DNA of 64,000 bases from Styela clava (lineage: Eukaryota): contig NC_135260.1 in assembly GCF_964204865.1 (NCBI RefSeq), forward strand, positions 13,144,001-13,208,000. Direction: 5' to 3'. Positions 1-15,499 of the stretch are shown here, one piece after another. Position numbers and translations under genes: made by a program. Numbering within the stretch: position 1 is the first letter of the stretch; each line of letters opens with the position of its first letter. The notes below the pieces were generated by a model, which was not told the DNA's origin, searched no databases, and saw only the letters and a program-made list of their open reading frames with translations.

Positions 1-312
1 TACCCTGCTTTAAAAAAAATTCATTCATATAACATTCAAATAGACATCATGACAAAGAATTGCAGAATACCACATCTTATATAAAATATTATTTATGATT
101 AAAATAAAACACAGTAATGTCAGCACTTACAGCACTCACCACCGTTTCAATTCAAGTTTTCATTACAAAAAAGAATTCCAGAATACCAATTTAATATACC
201 CAGCATGTTATTATACCCCTGGCCTACTCGGAGTTTGAATGAGACACGATGGTCTAGGAATATTTATAATTACGCATCAACATGCTGAAGCAAGAAATGA
301 TTTCGCCTAAAA

Positions 313-389
313 AAATGCGGAACCCCTATGGAACCCTATAAACTCATGGAACCCCAGTGCGTGTATTCAACCCCTGTTGAAGAACACTG
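313..389. mobile_element. Right terminus of a hAT (Charlie-like) non-autonomous element
   Basis: GGAACCCC subterminal repeats ending in GTTGAAGAACACTG (reverse complement CAGTGTTCTTCAAC), the same terminus type as the TSD-flanked hAT elements elsewhere in this window. Confidence 0.55.
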
Positions 390-760
390 ATTTAGATTGA
401 AAATATGAAAGTGATTGATATTTTATTTTGCAAATATTTATGAACAAGAAAGACATTACCAAATAGACATTCTCAGCCATCACTGTGACACATTAATCAT
501 TGTCAGCAGCCATAAAAGCCAAATTAATCATAATTCACACCCATGTTCAATCTCATTTTATTGCTAATGCTTCATGAAGGTGAATCACTTGTCCAGTCAT
601 CATCACCAGTCTGATAAAGATTTCATAATAATTGTGTAAACCAAATTGGTCTCATTCATAATAATATATCACGATTTTTTCATGGTTAGATTCTAATAAT
701 AATTTAATTTTGGGTCTAGTTCAAATATAACGGTCATTACAATTTACAATGAATATCCAA

Positions 761-990
761 GCCAGTCACAGATATTTAACAATATATGAGGTGATACCTT
801 CATTTTGAAAAAACCAGAACCTTTGCAGTTGGAGACCTGGGATTTGGATCCAACTATGTAATTTGCATTTCTAAAGCCAGTCACAGATATTTAACAATAT
901 ATGAGGTGATACCTTCATTTTGAAAAAAGCAGAACCTTTGCAGTTGGAGACCTGGGATTTGAATCCAACTATGTAATTTGCATTTCTAAA
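761..990. repeat. 115-bp tandem duplication (2 copies)
   Basis: 761-875 and 876-990 are identical except for 2 substitutions. Confidence 0.95.
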
Positions 991-1300
991 ACAGATGAGT
1001 CTAATCTTTTAAACTCTTAATAAGCCGTACCATACTTTTAATTGGAAAGAACCAGAAGTCCAAAATCTTTCTGGTTCGGCATTGCCTACCCAATTCATTA
1101 CTCCATGGGTGAGGTGGGGACTTGGAATATGAACCCAAATATGTAATCGGTGATGCTAAAACAGTTGAGTCTAACATTTTCATCGCTAAGCCCGTTAAGT
1201 CGTATCATACTTTTATCTGGAAGGACCAGAAGAAGTACAGAATTATTCTGGTTTGGCATTGCCTACCCAATTCATTACTCCATGGGGTGAGTCAGGGACA
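988..1300. repeat. ~170-bp diverged tandem duplication of a dispersed repeat
   Basis: AAAACAG(A/T)TGAGTCTAA...TTCTGGTT(C/T)GGCATTGCCTACCCAATTCATTACTCCATGGG occurs twice; a related copy is at ~39040-39190. Confidence 0.85.
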
Positions 1301-2649
1301 TAGTAGGTGTCATAAGATATTTGAAAATAGAATAATATTATTTATAACATACTGAACATTAATATTTCTAAAAACATGAATCTATAATTTTGTTGTTATA
1401 CAAGGATATATGAATAATTAATTAGGATAAGATTATATTAATGATAAACATACAATACAAAGTTTATTATGAGGAATTGAAACTTCTATTTTCAAACATC
1501 TTAATAAGAAAATTTAAACTCAATAATATGATTTTCCATTGGTATAAAAAAATGAATCTTATGGAAAATTGGGCATCAGAGTGGTATATAAGTCATATAC
1601 CTATACATACAGAAATACTGTTGATACTCATATCACAAATAAGCATTTTGTATCAGATGAGCAAAGAACTTGTTTCAAGCCAACTATAAATTCAAAAATT
1701 TTTATGGGCGTTATTTCCCTATGAACAAGGCCCTGTACAAGCAGCCGTTATTACGATTGAGAAAATTCTTTTCGAGAGTCATTGCCTATCAAATTTATCA
1801 CCCGATAAGTGCAATGATGGGCAAGAGGTGCAAATCGGGAGATATTTGAACAAAGACGCAAGCATCATTAACAATCGCGCTACCATAAAGAATTTCAGAA
1901 AGTAAACAACAGTATAAGCAACAATTAAAATAGTTATTTGTAATATATTCTGGAAACATCATTGGTTGAATATTTTATTAAGTACTTACCAGGAGAATAA
2001 GGAAGATTATGAAAAGTATTAAATCGCTGAGGTCTGTCAGGCATTCCATACATATGAAAATTGTTAGCTTGTGGTTGCTGGTTAGGTGGGTTAGTTCCAC
2101 GTAACCTGAAAAATGAATATGAAGAGTTAGTATGTTTAGAAGAGAAGCGAAAAGCAATCTTGTCACAGAAAAAATATTATGGCTGTGTATGTAAAAATAT
2201 ATTCTTCATCCCAGCGAAGGGGTCATCAAAAAACCTAAGCCAGTGAACACAGACAAAATATTTCAAGTAATTATCTAGAGTCACGTCTGATATTAAATTG
2301 GTTATGGGCATCAAAGCATGTGACTACAGTAACTACCTACCTTCCTTCAGTTCGAGGTTAGCTCAACAAAATTTGATATCGGAAATGTTCAAAATGAATA
2401 AAAAAAATATGAATTGGAATTTAGTTGAAACTGTTATAGCAAGGTCTGAATTTCAGAAATTATTTAAAAAATTTTCATGTTAAATTGTCATTGTGATGTA
2501 TGATCACCAAACTAGAAACAGGCTTTAATTACCATTTGATGACTGAGTAAGTAATAAATAAATCGGGTAGGTAATGTGGAACTGGAAAGATACCTGTTCT
2601 TTTAAACTATATCAGTTCTTTATCTAATGAAACACTAATAAAAACTTAC

Positions 2650-3104
2650 TGCAGTAAATGTGATTGAGGTGATGACAGGAATTGGTCCAATGAATGAGGT
2701 GACGTCAGCTGCAGAGTGCCAGCTCTGCTTTGATCCGAACTTGAATACATTTGGTTCGGGTGCTGAGGTGGGTAAGCCGGAGGTGGGGCAGCGGGAATCG
2801 ATGTTGGATAGTTTGTAAATAACAAAGGGTTTGAATTTGATATAGGAAGTTGATTAGGGTGAAGATTTGATGTAGGTTGTGCAACTGATGGAGTTTCAAT
2901 TGTGCCATATGTCTGTGATACAAAATTATTATCCCCCATATTTTGGGGTTGTGTGGTGGGTCTTTCGTACATATTCCCAGATCCGTAAACAGTAGTTGCA
3001 TTGTTGTATGCAGGTGTATAGTATGATTGCACAGCAGGATCGAATGCCAATGTACTGTTGGCTTCGTTAGTCCCTGTAGGAGTGTTACTTCCTCCGTTTT
3101 CCAT
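2650..3104 (-). CDS. First coding exon of an unidentified gene (P/S/T/Q/N-rich N-terminus); the rest probably lies left of the window
   Basis: 152-codon ORF, more GC-rich than its flanks, starting at ATG 3104 and ending at a CA|GTAAGT donor (2649). Upstream polypyrimidine acceptor TTCTTCTTCATTTTCCAG at 3306 gives exon 3305-2650 including 5'UTR. No recognisable domain. Confidence 0.75.
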
Positions 3105-6100
3105 TTACGTTACTCGTATTATTCCAATTGTTTTATTGTAAGTCATTTCATAAATATGACATAAAAGTATAATGAAGCAATTTGATGTTGTCAGGTGGTA
3201 ATAATGCTGAGGTAACATGCAAAGCAAAGTGACATTGCTGATCTTTGTTTCTTCTTCCCACAAAATTATTTTACAAGTGTATAGAAAAATAAATATGGTG
3301 AAAAGCTGGAAAATGAAGAAGAATGTAATCATGGTTGCATAATCAAATCCTTAATTAATCATGACAAAATTATTTGCAATATTGATGTCATGATGGTAGA
3401 TAAATATTTACATCCTATATTTGTACTTGTCTTTCAAGCAACGTCATTCCCGAAAAATTGAAGATTCCATCACTCTTAGATAAACCCTTCAATATAACTT
3501 TTTCTATCCCAATTTTTTTTTTTAATAATACTAATTTATTTGCCTTTTGCTCTGAACAAGGCTCTCCACAAGCAGCCTCTGATAGGTACAGAGTTACTAT
3601 GGTTGGGAATAACGGAATCATTCCGATTGAGAATTGTCTATCCAATTTATTACATTGTGGGTGAAGTGGTGGGGATTTAAAACTGAAATTTTAATTTGAA
3701 ATGCCATCATAGTAAAGTCTAATGCTTTATACGCCACAGCCTCACTTATCTTAAGTTACTAGTTACTATTCTAATTACCTTTAAAAAAGTTTATTTGGAG
3801 GCTGCCAGCACAGGTACCTACTTGAAATGATTAATGTAGAAACTAAGTCCATAACGCATTAAATTGAAATATAATATGTATAGTGTAATCAAATATTACG
3901 AAGCAAAACAACATCCACAGTAATTATGATCAAACCAAAATGAGAATTATCAACTGAATCACAGATTGAAAGAAAAAGGAAGAATGGTAATTACTAATTA
4001 GTTCTACTTCATATGAATAATTTAGGATACCAAATGCATTAGACGTTCTAACAAAGAATACATAATTAATTGTACACATTGCCCTAATTTCATCCTAATA
4101 ATTATTAAACATAAAAAGGGGGCGAAAGGATAACATTTTACAAAGAATTCCCAGTTTTAATTAATGTTAAAATGATAAAGCTTGAACAAATCTATTACAA
4201 TTTAGTGTAAATTTGGTTCTAATTTATATATCCGATTTGCAATCCCCTGTTCAAAAATACTGCACTATCAGCTTTAAGAATATGCACTCCTGACTATTCC
4301 AACCAAATCTTTCTAATAGTAGAAAAACTGCATCTCCATTAACTTGATTGCTAAGTAGAAGCACAAAAAATCAGTCTAGCACACTATCGATCAATGTCCC
4401 TTTGTTGGAAAACAAATTAGAATCTCAACACTATTATTAACCCCCAGAAAAACCTTGTTTATTATCGGATTGGGAATGCACGAATACTTTGCAGTTAATT
4501 CTCAACATCTAGAGATATTTTAGATTGTTCTATTATACTTGAAAGTACAACATAATATTATGCTGAGTATTGCTTTGAAAGTTTCACTTACAGTACAGAA
4601 GGCAATTTTAACATAAATATAAAAATTGAACAATTAGGCTTGGGCCTATTGAATACCTCAACCCAAAAAACGCTCCATTTTGCCCCAATTTCAATTTACT
4701 TAGAGTGTTTTTTCAATTCAATCAAATTAAAATATCCTATTTTACTGTGGTTTTAATTTGTGTGATATACAAACCCTTTTTAAATTCAGTACCATAATTT
4801 TTTATATAAATGAAAAAATCTAATACAAGAAACGTAGACAAGGAAACGGAAATAGTAATCGGAAATATGATATCATTATTATGTCGGTCATGCTAGTACT
4901 AATATAGCGACATGGCTGGATATAAAGGGTGATCGGATAGGGTTAAAAGCACATCATAATAACATAAATCAGTAAACATCTATATAATCCAATAAACAAT
5001 TATCATAGGCCTATCCGGCAATCTAACAAAAGTTTTGATATAAATTATCCCTATTCAAAAACATAACCTCAATTATGATGATAGAAATTTCATTTGTTTT
5101 TGGAATCAAATAAATAAAAGTGAGTAACAAATAAATAAAAGTGGTAAGTTAATAGATACTACGCATATGCTCGGCCCTAAATAATAACTGACTAAGAGAT
5201 CATTCAAACTCATTCAAACAAATATCAAAGTCTTCTATACATCAAACAATGGTATGAAGTGGTTGTATTGATATGACCAACTGAAAATATACCGGTATAT
5301 ATTTTATGTTTATAAATAAACTAATGACAAATGTTTGAATTTAGCAACACACCAATAGAAACTCAAGTAATAAGTATAATATATTGGGGTACATGATTCA
5401 GACAGAAGAATCAAGATGAACATTATTCTATTTACTTCAGCAGTTCTTTTACTATTAAAAGTTGATATAGGTAGGTATTGAACTTTTTAACTCTAACACC
5501 AGGCATTAGAAACCCAAAAAGACAATTTTAAACGTACCGGTAATTACACTACATTTTTTCAAAACAAGAACTCTAGAAAGAGCCTATAATCTAATTTTGA
5601 TCACATTGAAATCTTTGATAAATTCTCAGCATCCATGACTACTGGACTCTGTATTATTGAAACTTGTAAGCTATTCAGTTCATGTAACCCGTGTTCGCTA
5701 CTAAAACTAAGTTCGTAAAGAAATAGACATAAATAATCTCACAAAAACTCAGATTCAGTATTACATGCTCTTTTTCGATAAAAAAAAACTGCATAATTCA
5801 TAAGTTAATTCACAAAAATATCATAGTTCATTACACAACAACAATCCTGCATTACTAGTATTTTCTGTGGGGATAATAGAAGCTAGACTTATTATTAATT
5901 CCATATGTCAGGAACTCTAATTTGGAAAATAGGAAAAAAGAAAGGGGAAGAGCATTCATAATTCATAACCTACAACGCAAGCTGTCCTCTCTTGTTCAGC
6001 AATTAACAACATTGATTAGCTGTTTCACTAGTACGATGGCCAGTGGGGGATTTACATTTATTAGCTTGAACCCCTTTAATATCTCTCTCTGCATGGTAAT

Positions 6101-6145
6101 ATAATCTTTGCAAATATGTGGATATAGTATTATACTATACTTTCT

Positions 6146-6430
6146 AAAATGTAACAAATATCACTGGTTTACAATAGCAATTCATGTACAGCACGAACTA
6201 CATATTCCTCATATCCCACTTTAACAGTAAAGTACAGTATACTTACTGTCACTATATACGGTACTCCACTATTACTTTTAAAAATGTAACAAATACCACT
6301 GGCTAACTACAGCAGTTTTTAAACTTATATTTTGTTTATTTTATATTTACGGTACTCTGTGCGGCATAAACTACACATCACCCATATCCTACTCTTACCA
6401 TAAAGTACTGTATACTTGCAGTCACTAATA
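6146..6430. repeat. Old diverged tandem duplication
   Basis: AAAATGTAACAAATA(T/C)CACTGG...AACTACA...CATATCC...AAAGTAC(A/T)GTATACTT...GTCACTA twice, the second copy with an insertion. Confidence 0.6.
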
Positions 6431-9400
6431 AATACTACCAGCTTTGCATCTTTCACATCAAAAAGCCTGTGAGTGCACTCACTCTACACAGCATAGTATA
6501 TAGCATGGTAACGAGAATGTGATACCTAAGTCATTCATCCAATAAAAGGAAGTGAATAGCGGATATGAGTTATCGTAATACAGGAAATGTTGCAGAGGTT
6601 AATATACGAATAATAGACAGACATAAACAAGACATTGTGGATAAAACCCAATTGCTCCGAAGGCACATTCGCTCTATTACACATCTATAAATATATATAT
6701 ATATATTGAATAAACTATAAAAACAGTTTTAAAAGGGTTCAATGCCTGCGGAGGTAAATAAAAAGAATGAAGGTAAAACTAAAATTGATAGTACAAATTT
6801 TCATTTATTTTTCAATGCCGAGGCAAATGTAAATTTTAGAATAAAAAATTCAATATTAAAAATTTCAGTCCTTTGTCCAAGTTGTTGATAGAAAATACCT
6901 ATATTTTGCATTCTATTTTATTAACTTTTTTTTTAGCTATTTTGACTATAATATTAATGCAAGGTGAATTTGATTACTATATGGCAGCAAAATATATCTC
7001 TACCAGTACTTCGATACCTACGATTAATTGTAATACAACTTTTATAAGGCTATTAGGCCTATCCAGTTAGTAATATAAAACTATCTTCTGCTAAAAATAA
7101 TTTTAAAAGCTATTTTAATAAAATACAAATTTAATTTCCTTTTAATAAATATCTCGATCCATATAAGACTAAACCGGTTATAGACTATCACTTACATTCT
7201 GGCAATACTTTCAGACGGAAATGGGTCATTTGTGTTGTGATTTATGCTATCTACATCTCAATACTTTTTATCATGCTATAGAAGATATTTTGTTGACTTA
7301 TGGTGGTTTTATAAGGAACACAATGATTCATCTAGCAAGTTGCGTAATCTTATATAAATCAAGAGGAAAACACTTTCTCAATGTAATGTATGTGCCAAGT
7401 GAATAGTGAGTCACAAAATAAATTTAATTATATATCTACGGCCCATTTGTGAATGTGCTTTATTAAAAATAGCTTTATATTCCCAAGAGAGATAGTGGTA
7501 TAAATATTGAATTTTTTACCCAATGCATCTGTATTATGAAAAGTCAACATATAATATGGAACTGCAGATGCAAAATTTATAATATAATACAACACTGGTT
7601 ATTAACTATTGAAAGCTGTAACACAGGGTGAGCTTAATAACAAAACCCTCTCATTTGGAACATATTCTAAAGAAAACATAACTTTTGTGTAAAGCCAACT
7701 AGATCACTGAAACGTATGGGTACAAATACAATCATACACATCAAAACTTCACGAGTGTTGCATAAATTTTCTTTGTCTTCATTTTTATAGAAGTACTGTA
7801 ATAAATATATGGCTTCTTTTTTTTTGGTCACCCAGCACATGACACCGGAATATGTAAAAGAAATACTGTTATTTCTACTGTAAATTTTTTTAATGCAGGG
7901 CACTGTATCAGGTACAATTTTACAATAAATTAAATTCACTCCAATTATTAGAAATCTAGATTAGCTTAGCCAAATGCTAAAATACAAAACTTATTCGAAT
8001 TTCAACATATTTAGTTAAATCATCCCTAAACTGTTTACAACATACTCATTTGAATAATTGTTTCTCATCATTATCTCAATATCATTAATCAAGCAATGTT
8101 TATTTATACTGCATGAAATATTACAAACAGTACAAATAGGAGACAACTTCAACATAAGACCGTTATCAGATGAGGGATGATATTTTAATATCTTACACAA
8201 TTTAAAATTCTCCAAATCAAATTTAACACATGAGTAGCCTGAGGGCAAATACTCATGCATTGCAGATTTATAAATGAAAAATTGAAATAAAGGGTTCAAA
8301 ATTATTTGTATATATCAAAGCCATTGCAAGGTATAATACAAAGTAAAGATTAAATCTGAAAAATTTGGTAGTATGAAAATCTACCAGATTTGATTTCACA
8401 TTCTAATAATATACCGTAATATATGATTTATATGCGCGGCCAAATAATGATATATGCCAAAATTGATCGCGTGACAATTATTCCAAATTAAGAACTTTAA
8501 AGATAAACAATAGTTCAAAACGCATCCCGAAAAAACTTTTCACATAATCTTTTTATTTTTCATTAATTCCAATCCTCTATCCTAAACATCAAAAATATAT
8601 TCTCCCAGGCTAACTACCCCTAATGAATAATAGGTTATGCGCATGAATATAACAATAGAGTAATAACAGATCATGATAGCAGAATAGTAATTATGCAATA
8701 AATCATTTCTGCCTCAGAGCCCATATGTTAATTAATTATAATAATGAGATATCATGAAATAATAAAACACCAGAATGAAAATGGTAATTTAATCAGTAAG
8801 CTTTGAATGACTTACACAGAGATGCTATGTCACCCTAAAATAAAATGCTACTCTGTACTCTAAGATGACAAATTACATTTTTGTCCAAATGTATATAAGT
8901 CTGCTAATTTATCTTGTTAATGATATTCGAGAATATGTGGTATAGTAGTATTCCGTTTCTTGGGAGTAAATATCATAGAGGAATACTTTTTATATATATG
9001 ATAAGTTATATATAATAAGTTGAATAATATTCCAGAATATTTCAAAATAAAAAAGAAATTTGAAATTGATCAAATTTTCAACAGTGAAATTTGCAGCAAT
9101 CATCATGAAAATTTAATTTCGCAATGCAGAATAGCAGAGAAGTCAAATTCTCATACTGAAAATTTTTTAAATAAAAGGTAGGCAATCTTAAATGAATTTA
9201 AAAATCAAAAATTTCGATTCCAAATAAACAAATTTTGAATATAATATATTTGAATATTTGATACTTTGGATTGGATACCCTACTCTGAATTCTACAAATA
9301 TTAATCATGCTTGAAATATGCCAGAATACATTCAGAGTTATCACATCTTTCTGTATTATCAATCAAAAAGTCAAGTGCCTTTCTAAACAATGCGGAAAAC

Positions 9401-12400
9401 GAAGGGCATGTTATTAAATTGTCAAGGTAAATAATAAACAGCCTGTAGAGTGCTGTAATGTACACCGAAGAGAGAGAGATTGTATATTATAAATAGCACA
9501 ACATTAATCATTCGATATCTGCAATAACATCTGTTCTGTTGTATCATTGTTGGAGTATCAACTTTCTGTTTACAGAATAGTGCAGTTTCACAGGTGGGAA
9601 ACCCACATGTTGTTACTACAGGATTCCCGATCTCAGTTAAATACATGTGAACGAAAATCTAATATACAAATACAATTCTACGAAAATCGCCTTGATGTAA
9701 AAATACAATTCTAAGTATAGCTAGCAGTTTATTTAACAACAGGCCTATTTAACAACCTATTAGGCCTATATGGAATATTAAAGAAATGTTTTCAACTACT
9801 GCTCCATTCCTAATGCCTATGTATGCATTGAGTACGAGGATATTGTAGCAAAGATCAAAGATTTTGATCCAGAAAAAAAACGTTACAGTATAAAACTATG
9901 GAAGGATATTTTAACCACTTACCTGGTAATTTTTTACTAGATTTACAAATTCATAATATTGTGATGCACCAAATGAAAAATATAAAACTGCAACACATTA
10001 CACAACTACAACTTGATATATAGAATTATATGATGAACTTATAATAATGGTATAAAAATGTCTCTGTCATTTTAAGCTAACTAAAATAAAGGGACATTAC
10101 ACCCTTACAATATCTGTCAGAATATTTATACTAAAACACATTGAACACACCACCTCTTTTGAGATGAACTGACACAATTCAAAATTGGCAAACCTTTGCA
10201 CACTAAACAAAAGATCTGTGTGGTTCTATTATTCATAGTATTGTTAAAAATAGGTCTGAATTAAACTGTATTCATATTGTCAATACAAGGTGTGTAAATG
10301 CTCTCTAATAAATGGCAAATATTATTTCTTTCTGTTAAATAAATAATCCTCTGGACGTTTCGAGAAAAGCCCGTTTAACAGACCTATAAAATTACTATCA
10401 TTTAGTAGTCACAAGCTTGTTCAAGCATGAAATATAATTTATAAAAATCTATCCCATATGTGATATGATATAGGAATAATACCAATGATGACTCAAGCAG
10501 TGATATTGTATGAAGATCAGTATTGAAATAGAGAAATCTAAAATGAATGTATACGATGTATTTGATATACAGCCTTACAAATTTGTTTTGCTCTTAAATA
10601 TCAAGCACATATTTGTATAGAAATTTTACTTTATTATTTACATTAGCTTGTAAGCAGGGATGGGAGTGTACTATGCAAGATAAGAAACTCTTATAGGCCC
10701 TACTCTTCCATTTTATTCATTAAAAACATTTCTAAAATTACAGAAACTTATTAATTTGACGGCATATAATCAAATAATAATTCTGAATATGGGACGGATA
10801 AAATAAAAAAACCTACCGTTCAGGATACATTCTAAAAATAATATTTTTGAATTCAGAAAATTCATATTGTTAGAATTTGGTAATGCAGAATAGTTGACAT
10901 TGTTTTTGATTGATTTCATACTTTTCACAGTGAGAAATCAAGTGAAGTATAATTAAAGTCTGACAACCTGATGCCAAATACTTGAGATGATAAATTTTCA
11001 AATAAAAATATTCTAATCTAAATATGACTACTATATCAAATATTAGCAATTTAAATTGTACTGGAATATTCAAATTGATTTGAATACACTAAATATTGAG
11101 CGCTTTAATCAAAAAAGGAAATTTCTGAACTCCTACAACTTTTGAATGAAATACCTTGGTAATTATTGTTTCAATCTATGATTAGATACCAGATAGAAAA
11201 GGATTTATTCCAAATTTCGTAATAATTTCTTAATATTTATTCGAGAAAATGGAAATCATAAAACATTAGGTATTCGTGATTTGCAGTACATAGTATTGAT
11301 TTGTGTGTCATGCTGCAATTATTCAAATACACAAAATATATATTTACCATAATTATACAATTAGATATACAATATACATTGCAGCAAAAAAGGGAATTCC
11401 ATCAATATGTATATATCGTTGTACTAAACCCAATATTTATATAAATAGAATGGCAACTCAATTTCTCAAAAACTAAGGGAAAAGCATTATCTCCAGATAA
11501 GCTGAAATAACATTAAAAAATCAATAACAAGTTCATAGTATTGACAATAAGGAGATAATTCATAATGCGCTTTGTGATTTTTTAAGTCTAATTTTGTGCT
11601 GGGCCAGAAATATTCAACAAAAAAGCTATCATTTTAGCTTTGGAAAAAAATTTGATTCATATTCAATACAATATACAATAGTAGATATTTAACAACATTT
11701 GTGTGCTTATCTAATAACTTTAACTGAATATTTTTCACTAATAAATTGAATCAATGCAAACAAACACCTACTTTACTAACATGAGTCCATTCTAATAACA
11801 TTTGATGATGTTATGAAGTTTATTATAATATCTTCCATGTATAAGGTTCGCAAGTTGTTTAGGTCATGCTTCTCCTAAAATACTGTTTCTATATGTGTTC
11901 CCTCGGGGGTTTATAGAATAATGTCATGTTACTCCGAAAATATAAGAAAAATTACATTCTGCTTCCTCTCTCGCTTTGCACAAAATAACACAAACATGCC
12001 GCAGCGGTTAACTAATAAACATTTTTGACATTTACATTAGCATGATACAAAGAAAGAATTTTTTATTGGATATTGGTGAGATGTGGAAATCTGATAAAAA
12101 GATGCAAAATTTGAATATTATAACCTATGTCAGAATGTTTGCTTTAAATATAAATTTTACAATTATGGTTTTGAAAACTGGTTTTGAAAAAAATGTAAAT
12201 ATGTCAATATTCCCTCAACAAGCGTAAGCATCAACAGTATGAAATCAAACAAAATAGCAAATTGAAACAGTTGTCATTGTCTACCTATATACTGCAATAA
12301 GTATTTCAGTTTATTTGAATATGTGATAGATCTTTTACTTTTTATCCAAGATGTAATATTATTTTGATATAAATGTCCTTATTGAGGGCTTCATAACTTT

Positions 12401-15400
12401 ATTTGACATCATGATATTTCAATTCAATTGACATCTGATTGAAAGTGGTTATTTCAAATAGTTGTAAGAGATAATGAAGTAAAACATAAATAGTACGACA
12501 ATATATCTGAAAATCAAACTAGCAAATAGGCTTGGTACTAGTCTTGGTAAATATTCTTTCAGAACAAAAATATTAATTTTATAGTTAAAATCAAACACAA
12601 TGCACAAAATAAAAAAAGAGATTTGTCTAAATTCTAACCTCAGTATTCTTCGCCTATTCCCTTGAACTTTAAAACATAAAATACAAATGAGCGGTTTCTT
12701 GCATGTATTATACTATTAAAATAATATAAACCACATCTATCAAGAAAAGTCAGGGCACAAATGCAACATATTTTGTACAAGCGTACAAATGATTGAATAA
12801 CTCTAAAAATAATTTCCCCCTGAGGGAATACGACCCCAATTATAACGGTTTAAGGAATTTTTTGAATCATGGTGAACTCGTCATAATGTTGACCTTTGGT
12901 TAAAATAGTTTATATTTAAATATTCAGATCTTAGATCAAAATAAAATCATTTATCATAGTGCAAAATTAAGAAAGATAGTTTAACTTGACATAGAAAATC
13001 ACTTTCTTTGATCCGAAGTATAAAACTATTATAACAAGTCTTTGCAAACTTCATTTGTCAATACTTAAAAAAAAAATCTCATAAAAGCTTCCATAACAAA
13101 AATCATTATTTGGGTTCTATTTCAGTCCTCTTATTTTTTTAACAGAACAAGAGATAAAATATTACGTAAAAATGGAATTGATTGAAAAAAAAAACAGTAT
13201 TATACCAAGGTGGTATTCGAAGAAGTATAATATAACTTCGAATATACTTTTTATAATTTCCGATTGAGCCTACGTTTATACTCAGATATGACAATTCATC
13301 ACATTAATGACAGAGTTAAACGATCTATAGCCTATATCTCAAGCTTTACAGGATGTTTGTTGTTCCCCCAAACATGCAATATTTCCTCAAAATATTAGTT
13401 TACATAAAATCAGATTCCATTATTGATTAAGTTTATTGATTAGAGAAAATTCTTTACCATAAGAAACCACCTATGAACAACTTATTTCGTATACAACAAT
13501 TCTTTGTTATACTGATATACAAAGTCTGTTTTTTGAATATGTGAAAAATCATTTCGCAGTATATTAGGTTTTAGATAGGCCTACTATACTTTTATAACAA
13601 ATGACACTTCTGTATGATATAATTACAAAGTAATTTACAAACGCAAGAGACAATTTATTTCAATAAGTGTTTAAGAACAAATTTTGCACTAAAGAATTAT
13701 GATCAAGAAACAATAAAATGTATACAGCCAATATCCACTTTCAATTTGCGTATGCTATTTGAAGATAAAAAGTAAAAGTAGAAGTAAATCAAATTTGTAA
13801 AATGTTGTTTCAATACTCCACTTATATCTGAATATAGAATGTCTGTCCACCTTATACAACAATGTGCTATAATGGGTCACTCGATATCATGGTTTGTAGC
13901 AATGTACCTCGAATATGGACCAACTAACATGAAGACTTTATTGATTTATATCTAAAAACAATTCTGTTTGGCTTAAGAATTGGAAACCCAAAGTATACCA
14001 TCAGATAGAGTCTTTCTGAACAGTAGCACAAATATGAAGCTTTGCCTTTGTCAGAATAGATTTTTGAACTACCGAATAACAAGAATAGTCAACTTTACTC
14101 TTGCAAAGCACCATCCAAGTTAGTCTGTGTTATTTTAGACTGAGTCAGGAATTGCGTTAAAAAGGTTTTCCATATTAGGTATTGCTTGTACCTGTGTACG
14201 TGAGTACAGGAGTGATAGAATATATATTTTTTTTTAACAATTTTCCATAATCTATATAGTCGCTATAACATATTACAGTTATTTGAATTTTGCATAAATT
14301 AGGCAATTTTGAACCCCCATATTTCAGTATTTGATGCTAGTTTCTCCATCCATATAATTCAGATATTTCTGCCATTTACCGTAGCTTTACCGGGTTCAGG
14401 GTTTGAAACACTTTCATATTTAATATTTCCTGTTTGAAACAAGTTTTAAATTTCCAGATGTGATAGTCTATTATATAGTTGAATAGTGGGTTGAAAGGTT
14501 GATGTTAATTCAATGCCAGCTGATGAAACACTTTGAAAATAGGGGAAAGAGTCAGAAAAAGAGTCATAAAAGTGAAAACAGTCCCGGTACCTACCGTAAG
14601 TTACCTATGTTATAAACAGATTCTCAAATAGAAGGTCAACAAACAACACCTTTAACACAATAAAAGAAAAGCTACTGGTATCTTGAATTTTTAGATTAAC
14701 TGTGTTCAAAATGAGTTTCATTTAACATTAATATTTTTAAAAATATATTGAAAAAGCATTCACTTAATATACCCGCCCGTCTGTAAAGGCTATTTAAAAA
14801 AACCTCAAAACGCAAAAACTAGTAAGCGGAGTTGCAGTTACAGTGCTACAGGTACCGTACCGGTACATGTTCCTGTAGGTTAGGTACGGTACCGTACATA
14901 CAGACCTACGGTACTCTGAAAGTCTAAAAACATCAGAAGCTAGACTAGCTTGAAGTTTATAAAAAAGGATGGGATTTACATATATTTTTAACAGTACGGT
15001 ATCGGTACAATACTTTATTTCGAACAATTTCCTGAATATGATAACCGACAATCACTTTAACGGCATAAGGCCACACCAAGAGCAGCCAGGAGTAATGAAA
15101 CAATCTATTACAAAAGCGCAAAAACAAACGGGAGAGACGAAAAGCGTGGTTCACTAAAATTGATCAACGTCCAAAATTTATACCGTTAGTTGGCGGGCGA
15201 TAATTTTGTTTCTTTCAGTTTCGTAGCGCACATAAGGAAACTACCTGAAAATGATTTTAAAATGTTCCTTAGAAACTTAGTAACAAATAATGACTTGTTC
15301 CCATTTCCAAAAGTTGCATGTTTTACGGTAAAGACGCTTTTACTACAAGAAACATGTGTTACCATCCGTCCTATATTTTCTGCTTTTCCGGTATCATGAG

Positions 15401-15499
15401 CCGGAATAAACGCAGCAGACTTCTGCATGACGTAACAATTAAAATTGATCAGATGTAGGTGGATTCCCGTGGTTCGATGAATATCAGATGTATTATGTA

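Noticed and set aside
3415-14500. Short ORFs (60-95 aa) in the AT-rich left region
   Set aside because: No domains, I/L/F/K/N-rich composition expected by chance, and no consistent splice signals
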